A DNA stretch of 64,000 bases from Vicinamibacterales bacterium. Lineage in GTDB: Bacteria; Acidobacteriota; Vicinamibacteria; Vicinamibacterales; UBA8438. Location of the stretch: contig OZ241978.1 in assembly GCA_965204175.1 (NCBI GenBank), forward strand, positions 775,741-839,740, given 5' to 3'. Within the stretch, counting starts at the first letter, position 1; each line of letters begins with the position of its first letter. Below, piece after piece: positions 42,059-51,476 of the stretch. A program made the position numbers and the translations under genes. The notes below the pieces were generated by a model, which saw nothing but the letters and a program-made list of their open reading frames with translations, had not been told where the DNA came from and did no database searches.

Positions 42059-43143
42059 GGGCGATGCGCTCCATCATTCCACGGCGCGGACAGCAGAGTG
42101 CGTCCGCTTGGGTCCTGCGCGTTTCGGCGGCAGCGGTCCCCGCAGCCTGTGCGTCTACCCGCGTCTCGTGTGTTCCTGCGGGAGCCGCCGCCCTGCTGCT
42201 GGCCCTCGCGCTCGGTGCGCCGGCCCCGGCGCAGCCCCGGGCGCCCGCCGTCAGCTCCAACCTGGAGCCTGCGCACATCGCGGTCGGGGACCGCACGCGG
42301 CTGACCATCCGGGTGGAGCACGCCGCCGCCGCATCGGTGGCTTGGCCCGACCCGGAGAGCCTGGGGCCTTTCGAGGTGCTGGAGCGGCGCATCGACGAGC
42401 CGCGCGTCGAGGGCGGCCGAACGGTGTCGAGCGCCGAGCTCGTCCTCACCGCGTTCGAGCTGGGCGACCTGGAGGTGCCGGCGGTCGAAGTAGACGTGCT
42501 CGACGCGGACGGAAACACGGTGACCCTCGGGACCGACCCGTGGCCGGTCACCGTTGCCAGCGTCGGTCTGGACGAGGGCGGCGACATCCGCGCCATCAAG
42601 GGGCCGCTCGACATTCCGCTGAATGTGCTGACCCTCCTGCCGTGGCTGGCCGGGATACTGCTGTTGGCGGGGATTGGCTATTGGCTGTGGAGGCGGCGCC
42701 GCGGGCGCACGCCGGACAGCATTTCGGCGCCGGTCGAGCCGCCGCGGCCCGCGCACGAGATTGCATACGAAGCTTTTCGTACCCTGGAGGCCGAACGGCT
42801 GCCCGAGCGGGGCGAGATCAAGGCGTTCCACATCCGCGCATCCGATATCGTCCGCGCGTACGTCGAGGGACGCTTCGGGGTGGACGCGCTGGAGATGACC
42901 ACGCGGGAGGTGCTCGACGGCCTCCGCGCGCACGATGTCGAAGCGGCGGTTGTCGGCGATTTCCGGCATTTGCTGGAGCGTTGCGACCTGGTGAAGTTCG
43001 CCAAGGATCGGCCCGTACTGGAGCGCTGCCGCGAGGTGATCCCGTTGGGGCGAAGCCTGGTGGACCGCACGCGGGCGGTGGTTGCGGCGCCGGAGCCCGC
43101 GACGGATTCGGAACCTGCTGCGGCGGAGGCGGGCACGGCATGA
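42055..43143 (+). CDS. Membrane protein, BatD-like N-domain + DUF4381-like C-domain
   Basis: ATGA coupling. A central TM LLPWLAGILLLAGIGYWLWRRRR is followed by ..EAFRTLEAE..AFHIRASDIVRAYVEGRFGVDALEMTTREV..LERCDLVKFA.., as in DUF4381 proteins of Bat operons. Confidence 0.7.
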   Translation: MRAMRSIIPRRGQQSASAWVLRVSAAAVPAACASTRVSCVPAGAAALLLALALGAPAPAQPRAPAVSSNLEPAHIAVGDRTRLTIRVEHAAAASVAWPDPESLGPFEVLERRIDEPRVEGGRTVSSAELVLTAFELGDLEVPAVEVDVLDADGNTVTLGTDPWPVTVASVGLDEGGDIRAIKGPLDIPLNVLTLLPWLAGILLLAGIGYWLWRRRRGRTPDSISAPVEPPRPAHEIAYEAFRTLEAERLPERGEIKAFHIRASDIVRAYVEGRFGVDALEMTTREVLDGLRAHDVEAAVVGDFRHLLERCDLVKFAKDRPVLERCREVIPLGRSLVDRTRAVVAAPEPATDSEPAAAEAGTA

Positions 43144-44132
43144 TCGATCGGTTCGTGGACCCGTACTACCTGCTGTTGCTGCTACTGCTGCCGGCTCTGG
43201 TCTGGTGGCACGTGACACGCGGCGAGCGCACGCTCGGCGCGGTGCGGTACTCGGCCGTGGACCGGCTGGTGCGGGCGGACCGGCGCCGCACCGGACGCTG
43301 GCGGCACCTGCCGTTCGGGTTGCGATTGCTGGCGCTGGCGCTGCTGCTGGTCGCCTTCGCCCGCCCCCAGACCGGGGTGACGGCGGAGAACGTCGCCACC
43401 GACGGAATCGACATCGTGCTGGTGCTGGACCTGTCGAGCTCGATGCTCGCCGAGGACCTGGAGCCCAATCGCATCGGGGCGGCCCGGCAGGTGGCCGCCG
43501 ACTTCGTGCGCGGGCGGCTGAACGACAGGATAGGGCTCGTCGTCTTTGCCGGAGAGGCGTTCACGCAGGCGCCGCTCACCCTCGACCACCGCGTGGTGAC
43601 CACGCTGATCGAGGAGCTGGAGGTAGGCGTCATCGAGGACGGTACGGCCATCGGCATGGGGTTGGCCACCGCGGTCAAGCGGCTCGGCGACTCGAGTGCG
43701 GAGTCGAAGGTAATCGTGTTGTTGACCGACGGCCGGAACAACCGCGGATCGATCGATCCGGCGACCGCGGCCCAACTGGCGCAGGCGCTCGGCGTGCGGA
43801 TCTACGCGGTCGGCGCCGGAACGCGCGGCTCGGCGCAGGTGCCGGTGGACGATCCCCTGTTCGGGCGGCGCTACCTGTCGATGCAGGTCGACATCGACGA
43901 CGAAGCGCTCGAGGAGTTGGCGTCGCTGACCGGGGGGCGTTATTTCCGGGCGACCGACCGGGAGAGCCTGGAGCGCGTCTATGAAGAGATAGACGCGCTG
44001 GAGACGACCGAGATCGAGATGACGTCGTTCACGCGCTACGGCGAGCTGTTCCACCTGCCGCTCGCCGCCGGGCTCGGGCTGCTGCTGCTGGAGGTCGCGC
44101 TCGGCAGGACGGTGCTGCGGAGACTGCCGTGA
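43140..44132 (+). CDS. batA: VWA-domain aerotolerance protein BatA
   Basis: ATGA coupling. N-terminal TM pair and MIDAS motif VLVLDLSSSM. Confidence 0.9.
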   Translation: MIDRFVDPYYLLLLLLLPALVWWHVTRGERTLGAVRYSAVDRLVRADRRRTGRWRHLPFGLRLLALALLLVAFARPQTGVTAENVATDGIDIVLVLDLSSSMLAEDLEPNRIGAARQVAADFVRGRLNDRIGLVVFAGEAFTQAPLTLDHRVVTTLIEELEVGVIEDGTAIGMGLATAVKRLGDSSAESKVIVLLTDGRNNRGSIDPATAAQLAQALGVRIYAVGAGTRGSAQVPVDDPLFGRRYLSMQVDIDDEALEELASLTGGRYFRATDRESLERVYEEIDALETTEIEMTSFTRYGELFHLPLAAGLGLLLLEVALGRTVLRRLP

Positions 44133-44141
44133 CGGTCCCGG

Positions 44142-44175
44142 AGTCTGTGCCGGCAGGAAGCGATGCCGGCAGACT
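44142..44175 (+). other. Hairpin in the only sizeable intergenic gap of the Bat operon
   Basis: AGTCTG(tg)CCGGCA-ggaagcga-TGCCGGCAGACT forms 12 bp with a 2-nt bulge. It lies within the 126-bp batA-batB spacer. Confidence 0.3.
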
Positions 44176-44258
44176 ACGCGACCCTGGGGCGGTCGAGGCC
44201 GCATCCGCGGAAGCAGCGATCTTGAACCGGGCGTGGCGGAAGGTAAAGTGACCGGCTG

Positions 44259-45293
44259 ATGTTCCGTTTCGGGGTCGAGACCCTGCTCTACGCCTATCTC
44301 CTGCTGCCGGCGCTGCTGGCGCTGGAGTGGTGGGCCGCCGCCCGGCGGCGGCGCGCCCTGGACCGCTTCGGCGAGCGCGGGCGGATCGACCGGCTCACCG
44401 AGGTGGTCAGCCGGCGCGGGCGGTTGACGCGCTCCGTCCTGGTGCTCGTGGCCGTCGTGCTGCTGGTCACCGCGCTGGCCCGCCCGCAGTTCGGGGATCG
44501 CGTCGAAACGGTGCGGCGCGAGGGGCAGGACCTGGTGGTGGCGCTCGATCTGTCGGCGTCGATGGAGGCCGAGGACATCGCGCCCAATCGCCTTGCCGCG
44601 GCCAGGCTCGCCGTGGGCCGGTTGATCGAGCGACTGGACGGCGATCGCATCGGGCTGGTGGCGTTCGCCGGCGAGGCTTTCGTGCAGAGCCCGCTGACTC
44701 TCGACTACGCGGCGGCCACGATGTTCCTCAACGCCATGGAGCCGGACCTGGTCCCCGTGCCGGGGACCGATCTCGGCCAGGCGATAGCGGTGGCCCTGGA
44801 CGGTTTCGGCGAGGCGGGAGAACGGAGCCGCCGGCTCGTCGTCATCACGGACGGAGAGGATCACGAAGGGGCGCTGGACGCCGCCGTCGAGCGTGCGGTG
44901 GACGAGGGGGTCCAGGTCTACACGGTTGGCATGGGCTCGACCGAGGGGGTTCCGATTCCGAGCTTCGACGAGACCGGCGCCCCGAACGGTTTCCTGCGGG
45001 ACGAAGAGGGGAGCGTCGTCACGACGCGTCTGGACGACGTCACGCTGCAGCGGGTGGCGGAGCGGACCGGCGGCGCGTACTACCACGCGGCCGCCGGGTC
45101 CGGGGCGGCGTTCGAGCGGCTCGTGGAGGAGCTGACCGGCGGGGACGGAGAAGCGATCGAGTCGCGCGAGGTGACCCTCTACGAGGAGCAGTACCAGATC
45201 TTCCTTGGCTTTGCGCTGGCGCTGCTGCTGGCCGAGTCGCTCGTTCCCCAGCGTCGCCGGGCCGCGGACGCCTGGGTCGGGAGGTTGCGCTGA
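44259..45293 (+). CDS. batB: VWA-domain aerotolerance protein BatB
   Basis: MIDAS motif VVALDLSASM. Same architecture as BatA. Confidence 0.9.
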   Translation: MFRFGVETLLYAYLLLPALLALEWWAAARRRRALDRFGERGRIDRLTEVVSRRGRLTRSVLVLVAVVLLVTALARPQFGDRVETVRREGQDLVVALDLSASMEAEDIAPNRLAAARLAVGRLIERLDGDRIGLVAFAGEAFVQSPLTLDYAAATMFLNAMEPDLVPVPGTDLGQAIAVALDGFGEAGERSRRLVVITDGEDHEGALDAAVERAVDEGVQVYTVGMGSTEGVPIPSFDETGAPNGFLRDEEGSVVTTRLDDVTLQRVAERTGGAYYHAAAGSGAAFERLVEELTGGDGEAIESREVTLYEEQYQIFLGFALALLLAESLVPQRRRAADAWVGRLR

Positions 45294-46081
45294 TGCGGAT
45301 AGCGGTCGCTGTCGGGGTGGCCGCCGTCATGGCCGGGTTGCCGCATTCGTCGGCGGCCCAGGCGGGGCGGGCCGACGTGCAGGAAGGGAACCGTCTGTAC
45401 CGGGAGGGACGCTACGACGAGGCCCACGAGAGGTACCTGGAGGCGTTGCGCGCGGCTCCCGACTCGCCGGTGATCCGCTTCAACGACGCGAACGCGCTGT
45501 ACCGGTCCGACGAGTTCGCGCGCGCCGTGGACGCCTATCGCGGGGCTATCGAGGCCGCCGATCCCGCCCTGGAGGCGCAGGCCTGGTACAACCTCGGCAA
45601 CGCCCTCTACCGGCAGCAGCAGGTGGAGGGCGCGCTCGAGGCCTACAAGGAGGCGTTGCGCCGCAATCCCGGCGATACGGACGCGAAGCACAACCTGGAG
45701 GTGGCGCTGGAGCAGTTGCAGCAGCAGGAACAGCAGCAGCAACAGCAACAGTCCGACGACTCGGAGGATCAGGACGAGGACGGTCAGGACCAGGAGCAAT
45801 CGGGACAGGAAGGGCAGGAGCAGTCCGAGTCCGGCCAACCCCGGGAACAGCCACAGGAGGAGAACCCGGAGGAAGAGCCCGGGCAGGACGAGCAGGAGGG
45901 GCAACAGCCTGACGGCGATTCCGAACCGGAGACCGGCGAGACGGACGCGCAGCCGCAACCCGGGCGGATGAGTCGCGAGGAGGCGGAGCGGCTGTTGCAG
46001 GCGATTACCGAGGACCCGGGCGAGATCAGGCGGCAGCGGCGGTCCGCCGATCCCGGCCGGCGCACGCGGCGACCGTGGTGA
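45293..46081 (+). CDS. batC: TPR protein BatC with Gln/Glu/Asp-rich tail
   Basis: TGATG coupling. TPR units (GNRLYREGRYDEAHERYLEAL, AWYNLGNALYRQQQVEGALEAYKEAL), then a QQQEQQQQQQQSDDSEDQDEDGQDQEQ.. tail. Confidence 0.85.
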   Translation: MRIAVAVGVAAVMAGLPHSSAAQAGRADVQEGNRLYREGRYDEAHERYLEALRAAPDSPVIRFNDANALYRSDEFARAVDAYRGAIEAADPALEAQAWYNLGNALYRQQQVEGALEAYKEALRRNPGDTDAKHNLEVALEQLQQQEQQQQQQQSDDSEDQDEDGQDQEQSGQEGQEQSESGQPREQPQEENPEEEPGQDEQEGQQPDGDSEPETGETDAQPQPGRMSREEAERLLQAITEDPGEIRRQRRSADPGRRTRRPW

Positions 46082-46083
46082 CG

Positions 46084-47943
46084 ATGAACGTAGTGGCGAA
46101 GAAGCTGGGTGGAGTTGTGCCCGGGAGTGTCGTGTTCCTGCTGCTGTCGGCCCTGCCCGTTGCAGCAGCGGCGCAGGCGATCGAGGTCCGTGCGTACCTC
46201 GATCGCAACGAGGTGGCGGTGGACCGGCAGTTCACCCTGAACGTCGAGGTGTCGGGGACCGGCGGGGCCGACGAGGACCCGCGCCTGCCCGACCTGTCGG
46301 GCTTCGCCGCCTACCTCGGCGTCGGCACCCAGACGTCGATGCAGTTCGTCAACGGCCGCAGTTCGACCTCGTTCACCTACCAGTACCGTTTCCGGGCGGT
46401 CGCCGAGGGGATGCACACGATCGGGCCGGTCCGGGTGCGGGCCGGCGGGCGGGATCACGCGACCGACCCGCTGACGATCGGGGTGCGGCCGGCGGGATCG
46501 GCCCCGGCCCGGCGCGCGCCGGACCGGTCGCGGGGCGGGGTGGACATCGGGTCCGAGGACCTGTTCGTCGAGGCGTCGGTGAGCACGCGCGAGCCGTGGG
46601 CCAACGAGCCCGTGCTGGTCGAGTACCGGCTGTTCACGCGCGTGGACGTCGAGTCGTACGGCATTACGCGCGCCCCCGGCGCCAACGGCTTCTGGGTCGA
46701 GGAGATCGCCCTCCCGCGGGCGCCGCGGGTGGAGCAGGTAATGCGGGGCGGGGTGCGGTATGCGACCACCGTCGTCCGCCGGGCGGCGCTGTTCCCCACC
46801 GGGGCCGGACCGCGCACCATCGAGCCGCTCGCGCTCGAGGCCCAGGTGCGGGTCCGCTCCAGACGGTCGTTCAGCGATCCTTTCGGCTTCGGCGATCCCT
46901 TCGGCGGCGGGCTGTTCGGACGCAACGTCGCGGTACCGGTCGAATCCGAGGCGATCGACATCGAGGCGCGCCCGCTGCCCGCCGCGGGGCGGCCGGACTC
47001 CTTCACCGGCCTCGTCGGCAGCCTGGAGGTGATCGCGTCGCTCGACACGGCCGCGGCGGCGACCAACGAGGCGCTCACGTTCCGCCTGGACGTGCGGGGC
47101 GCCGGCAATCTGCGCATGCTGCCCGATCCCGAGGTGGCGTTTCCACCGGACTTCGACGTCTATCCCCCGGAGATGACCGACGACGTCGACGCCGGCGCAC
47201 GCGGCGTGAGCGGCGCCAGGAGCTACGAGTACGTCCTCGTTCCGCGCGCCCCCGGATCGCACGTCGTTCCCCCCGTCGAGCTGGCCTACTTCGACGCGGC
47301 GGGGGGGCGGTACGCGGTCGCCGCCTCGGACCCGCTCACCGTGGAGGTGACGGGCGACGTCACAGCCGGCGGTCCGGTTCTCCTCGGGGGCGGTGGCGCC
47401 CGGCTGGAGGCGGCCCGGCAGGACATTCGCTTCATACGCATCGCGACCTCGGCGTTCACCCCGATCGACCGGCAGTTGTTCCGTAGCGGCGTCTTCTGGA
47501 CCGTGGTGCTGGTTCCTCTCTTCGGGTTGGCCGGGGCTCTTGCGCTGCGCCGCCACCGCGAGCGTCTGGAGGGGAACGTCGCCTACGCCCGCCGCCGCCG
47601 GGCGTCGCGCCTGGCCCGCTCGCGTCTGGCCCACGCCCGGGGACTGCGCGCGCCGGAGCAGCACCAGGCGTTTGTGGCCGGGGTCAGCCAGGCGCTGCTC
47701 GGCTTCCTGGGGGATTCCCTGAACGTGGCCGAGGCGGGGCTTGTTCGCGACGACATCCGGCGTGCGCTGGGCGCGCGCGGCGTGGCCGCCGACGTGGTCG
47801 AACGCTACCTGGCGTGCCTCGACAAGTGCGACCAGCAGCGGTTCGCGCCGCCGGCGTCCGGCGGCGACGACGGTGAGGAAGCAGCGCTCCTGGAGGAGGC
47901 CGAGCAGGCGATGACCGCCCTGGGGGAGGCGTTGCGTTCATGA
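46084..47943 (+). CDS. batD: BatD (oxygen-tolerance) family protein
   Basis: Signal peptide, repeated beta-sandwich-like segments, and a C-proximal TM pair (FWTVVLVPLFGLAGALALRRH). Its position is between batC and batE. The alternative GTG at 46075 overlaps the batC stop. Confidence 0.85.
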   Translation: MNVVAKKLGGVVPGSVVFLLLSALPVAAAAQAIEVRAYLDRNEVAVDRQFTLNVEVSGTGGADEDPRLPDLSGFAAYLGVGTQTSMQFVNGRSSTSFTYQYRFRAVAEGMHTIGPVRVRAGGRDHATDPLTIGVRPAGSAPARRAPDRSRGGVDIGSEDLFVEASVSTREPWANEPVLVEYRLFTRVDVESYGITRAPGANGFWVEEIALPRAPRVEQVMRGGVRYATTVVRRAALFPTGAGPRTIEPLALEAQVRVRSRRSFSDPFGFGDPFGGGLFGRNVAVPVESEAIDIEARPLPAAGRPDSFTGLVGSLEVIASLDTAAAATNEALTFRLDVRGAGNLRMLPDPEVAFPPDFDVYPPEMTDDVDAGARGVSGARSYEYVLVPRAPGSHVVPPVELAYFDAAGGRYAVAASDPLTVEVTGDVTAGGPVLLGGGGARLEAARQDIRFIRIATSAFTPIDRQLFRSGVFWTVVLVPLFGLAGALALRRHRERLEGNVAYARRRRASRLARSRLAHARGLRAPEQHQAFVAGVSQALLGFLGDSLNVAEAGLVRDDIRRALGARGVAADVVERYLACLDKCDQQRFAPPASGGDDGEEAALLEEAEQAMTALGEALRS

Positions 47944-48713
47944 GGCGCTCGGGGGTGCGCAGAGTCTGCACGGCGGTCCTTCTGATCATCGCCTGGGGCG
48001 CGGCTCCCGCTGCGGCGCAGGAGGCGTTCTTCGACGAGGGCAACCGGCTCTATCTGGAGGGCGACTACGCCGGCGCGGTGGAGCTCTACGAGCGGATCCT
48101 GGAGAGCGGCCTCGAGAGCGGCGAGCTGCACTATAACCTGGGCAACGCGTGGTTTCGACTGGGCGAGCTCGGTCCGGCCGTTCTCCACTACGAGCGGGCG
48201 CGGCGCAGCATGCCGCGCGACGACGATCTGGCAGCGAATCTCGAGCTGGCCCGCTCGCTGACCGTGGATCGGGTGACGCCGCTGCCGGGCTTCTGGCTCT
48301 TCCGGGTCGCACGCTGGTGGATCGATCTGTTGTCCCGTCCCGCGCTCCTCGGCGTGGTCACGCTGGCCTGGCTGGTGGCGATGGCCGCCCTGATTGTCGC
48401 CGTCCTCGGGCGAGGAGACACCCTCCTGGCCTGGTCGCGCCGCGCGGCGGGAGTGGCCGGGGTCGCGACGCTGGTCTTCGGCCTCAGCCTCATGGCGCGG
48501 GAGCTGGAAATGGGCAGGCCCGACGAGGCGGTTATCATGGCCGAGGAGGCGGCCGTGCACAGCGCACCGTCGGACGACGACGCGCTGCTGATCTTCACCG
48601 TGCACGAAGGCACGAAGGTGCGGGTCGAGCGGCGCAGCGACGCATGGGTGGAGGTCGTGCTGGAGGACGGCAAGGTCGGGTGGGTGCGCAGCGACCGATT
48701 GACCCTCATCTGA
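47940..48713 (+). CDS. batE: BatE-like TPR + SH3 domain protein
   Basis: ATGA coupling. TPR (GNRLYLEGDYAGAVELYERIL, LHYNLGNAWFRLGELGPAVLHYERA), TM helices, and a C-terminal SH3-like KVRVERRSDAWVEVVLEDGKVGWV. Confidence 0.85.
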   Translation: MRRSGVRRVCTAVLLIIAWGAAPAAAQEAFFDEGNRLYLEGDYAGAVELYERILESGLESGELHYNLGNAWFRLGELGPAVLHYERARRSMPRDDDLAANLELARSLTVDRVTPLPGFWLFRVARWWIDLLSRPALLGVVTLAWLVAMAALIVAVLGRGDTLLAWSRRAAGVAGVATLVFGLSLMARELEMGRPDEAVIMAEEAAVHSAPSDDDALLIFTVHEGTKVRVERRSDAWVEVVLEDGKVGWVRSDRLTLI

Positions 48714-48739
48714 GTGCGGCCAGGAGAAGCGAGACCCGA

Positions 48740-50029
48740 ATGACGAGAGAAGCACGACACTCCTGCCGCACGAGCGCCGCCGAACCCGTCGCAAGGCTCC
48801 GTGTTCGGCCCCAGCCCCCACCGCCCCGGGAGCTTGCGCCGCGGAACCCGTTCCGTTGCATTTCTGCGCCGCAAGCTCCCGGCCGGGCCGGCTGGCGCGG
48901 CGCCGCGGCGGCGATGGCGGTGGCGGCCGTCGCGGTGACCGCCTGCGCGCCCGAAGGGCGGCCGCTGGCGCCGGCACAGCGCGTCAGCGCGCCGCTGCTC
49001 CCGGCGGCGCAGCCGCGTCGGCCGCTGCCGCCGATCCCGGACTATCTTCGTCCGGACGAGCGTGCGACGGTCGAGCTGTTCGAGCGGACCAGCCCCTCTG
49101 TCGTCTACATCACCACGCTCGCGAGGCGCACCGACTGGTTCGGGCGTCCCATGGGCGGCGAGGTGCCGCAGGGTACCGGCACCGGCTTCCTCTGGGACGG
49201 CGACGGGCATGTGATCACCAATGCCCACGTCGTGGGAGGCGCCGACTCCGTCGAGGTCGTGATGGCCGACCAGACGACGTACGAGGCGGAGCTGGTCGGG
49301 CTTTCGTTCTCTCACGATCTGGCCGTGCTCCGCATCGACGCGCCCGCCGCGGCGCTGCGGCCAATCGCCGTCGGGGACAGCGACCGGCTGCGGGTGGGAC
49401 AGAACGTCTACGCGATCGGCAACCCCTTCGGGCTGAGCGCGACGCTGACGACCGGGATCGTCTCCGCGCTCGAGCGGCGCATCGAAGGGCTCGACGGCAC
49501 GCCGATCGAGGACGTAATCCAGACCGACGCGGCGATCAACACCGGCAATTCCGGCGGGCCGCTGCTCGACAGCTCCGGCCGTGTGATCGGGGTCAACACC
49601 CAGATTGCCAGTCCCTCCGGGGCGTCGGCCGGCGTCGGCTTCGCCGTGCCCGTCAACACGGTGAGCCGCGTCGTGCCGGAGATCATCGAGACCGGCGCGT
49701 ACGTTCCGCCGCGGCTCGGCATCCGGTTGGACGGGCGCGGCTACCTGAGCCGGTTCGTGCTCGGCCGCCTGCGGACCGCCGGCGTTCTGGTGGCCGGGGT
49801 GGAGCGCGGCAGCGGGGCCGCGGAGGCGGGGCTGCGCGGCACGGAACTGTCGCGCAACGGGCGGCAGGTCACGCAGGTGGGCGACGTCATTCAGGCCATC
49901 GACGGCGAACCGGTTACGTCGCAAGGGGAGCTGCGCGCGGTTCTCGACCGGTACCAGCCGGGCGACGACGTCACCGTCACCATCCTGCGCGACGGCGACA
50001 TCCTGGAGGTCGTCGTGACCCTGTCCTGA
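48740..50029 (+). CDS. Trypsin-like serine protease, HtrA/DegP family with one PDZ domain
   Basis: Catalytic triad contexts TNAHVV, HDLAVL, TGNSGGPLL. C-terminal PDZ-like VLVAGVERGSGAAEAGL..GDVIQAIDGEPV. The start is uncertain (48740 or 48914). Confidence 0.85.
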   Translation: MTREARHSCRTSAAEPVARLRVRPQPPPPRELAPRNPFRCISAPQAPGRAGWRGAAAAMAVAAVAVTACAPEGRPLAPAQRVSAPLLPAAQPRRPLPPIPDYLRPDERATVELFERTSPSVVYITTLARRTDWFGRPMGGEVPQGTGTGFLWDGDGHVITNAHVVGGADSVEVVMADQTTYEAELVGLSFSHDLAVLRIDAPAAALRPIAVGDSDRLRVGQNVYAIGNPFGLSATLTTGIVSALERRIEGLDGTPIEDVIQTDAAINTGNSGGPLLDSSGRVIGVNTQIASPSGASAGVGFAVPVNTVSRVVPEIIETGAYVPPRLGIRLDGRGYLSRFVLGRLRTAGVLVAGVERGSGAAEAGLRGTELSRNGRQVTQVGDVIQAIDGEPVTSQGELRAVLDRYQPGDDVTVTILRDGDILEVVVTLS

Positions 50030-50065
50030 CGCGAAGAGTCGTTCAGGAGAGGCGCGGGGGCCCGA

Positions 50066-50611
50066 TCAGGTCGCCGACGGTTCGGCCGCCGGAGGTGAGA
50101 CCGGCTTCCGCTTGGCGTTGCGCTCGGACAGCGAATCGAGGAGCTTGCGCAGCAGGGGCGCCAGTCTCGTGCGCTCCCGGTCGGTGAGCGCCTCCCGGAG
50201 CAGCTCCCGCTGGTTGCTCAGGTAGGCCGCGGTCACGCGATCCACCAGCTCGCGTCCGCTCGGCGTCAGCTCCAGGAAGACGCCCCGCCGGTCGTCCGGG
50301 TTGGGCGCCCGCACGATCCACCCCGCTGCTTCGAGCCGATCGATCCGGTTGGTCAAGCCGCCCGACGTCACCATCAGCGGCTGCAGCAGGGTGCGCGGCG
50401 CGGCGCGACAGTCGGGAGCCGTGCGGATGGCGGCGAGCAACTGGAACTCGACGTTGCTCAGGTTGAAGTCCCGCAGTGCCGCCGCGGCGTCCTCGTCGAT
50501 GGCCCGCGCGAGGCGCGTGACCCGTGCGATGATCTGCAGCGACGACGCATCCAGATCGGGGCGCTCCCGCGCCCAGCGCTCGATCATCACGTCCACGGGG
50601 CCGCGTTCCAT
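50066..50611 (-). CDS. MarR-family transcriptional regulator
   Basis: Winged-helix region ..APRTLLQPLMVTSGGLTNRIDRLEAAGWIVRAPNPDDRRGVFLELTPSGRELV... Confidence 0.85.
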   Translation of the reverse strand: MERGPVDVMIERWARERPDLDASSLQIIARVTRLARAIDEDAAAALRDFNLSNVEFQLLAAIRTAPDCRAAPRTLLQPLMVTSGGLTNRIDRLEAAGWIVRAPNPDDRRGVFLELTPSGRELVDRVTAAYLSNQRELLREALTDRERTRLAPLLRKLLDSLSERNAKRKPVSPPAAEPSAT

Positions 50612-50626
50612 GAAGGGAGTGTAACG

Positions 50627-50669
50627 CCATCTGTCTTGGGGTCAAGACTCTTGACACGGACACAGATGG
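50627..50669. promoter_or_regulatory. Nested palindrome (putative MarR operator) in the marR / 50720 divergent promoter region
   Basis: Inner perfect 7-1-7 palindrome GTCAAGA-C-TCTTGAC (50641-50655). Outer 8-bp arms CCATCTGT (50627-50634) and ACAGATGG (50662-50669). TTGACA (50651-50656) and, on the opposite strand, TTGACC provide -35-like hexamers inside the palindrome. Confidence 0.5.
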
Positions 50670-50719
50670 CCGGAAATACTTCGCGTCGGATGGACCACTC
50701 TTCTCCCGGGGGTAATGCC

Positions 50720-51352
50720 ATGTCTGCATCCGCGGCTCTCGTGAATCGGCTCGTCGTTCTCAGCCTGCTGCTGGCAGTCGCGATCGCCGCGCCGGCGGCG
50801 GCGCAATCAGACGAACTGGAAACCTTCCGGGGCACCACCACCGGCGCCGTGAGCTCGGAAGGGGTGGAGTTGCGGATCAACGTCCTGCGCTGGACGGCCG
50901 AGGAGGATCGCGGCGCGGTCCTGTCGCTGATCACGCCGGCTCCCGGACAGACGGCCGGCGAGGGCGAGGACCTCGAGAGCGCGCTGCAGGACCTGCAGAC
51001 GGTAGGGTTCATCTGGACCGGCGGCAGCCTGGGCTACGCGCTGAAGTACGCCCACCGCACCGAGGACGAGGACGGCGGCGAGCGCATCGTCCTGGTGACC
51101 GACCGCCCGCTCGGGCGGTGGGACCGCAACGGCCCGTGGACCGGGAGCGACGGCTCGGGGCCCGCCGCCGCCGCCTTCACCGTGGTCGAGCTGCACCTCG
51201 ACGCGGAGGACCGGGGCGAAGGGAAGATGTCGGTGGATGCGCCGATCGAGTTCAACGCGCCGGCTGGGACCGTGGGGTTGGCCGACTACGCGTCGGCGGC
51301 GGTGCATCTGACCAACGTGTACCGCGAGCCGCCGCCGTACTCGACGCGGTGA
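50720..51352 (+). CDS. Secreted hypothetical protein
   Basis: ATG at 50720 gives the signal peptide MSASAALVNRLVVLSLLLAVAIAAPAAAQ. No family recognised. Confidence 0.6.
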   Translation: MSASAALVNRLVVLSLLLAVAIAAPAAAQSDELETFRGTTTGAVSSEGVELRINVLRWTAEEDRGAVLSLITPAPGQTAGEGEDLESALQDLQTVGFIWTGGSLGYALKYAHRTEDEDGGERIVLVTDRPLGRWDRNGPWTGSDGSGPAAAAFTVVELHLDAEDRGEGKMSVDAPIEFNAPAGTVGLADYASAAVHLTNVYREPPPYSTR

Positions 51353-51476
51353 TCGGAACCGTCCGTCACCACCGCCGGCCGCGCCGTGGCGGTCGAACGT
51401 CTCCTCGTTGGTGAGGAGCACCGGGCCGGTTGCGGGGGCGACGGTCCAACAGTTTGCGAAGAGCGGCGGGCCAGCC

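Noticed and set aside
45700-45960. CAG/CAA/GAG-rich tract (possible microsatellite)
   Set aside because: It is in frame within batC and encodes a Gln/Glu/Asp-rich tail. The units are imperfect and mixed rather than a pure tandem repeat.
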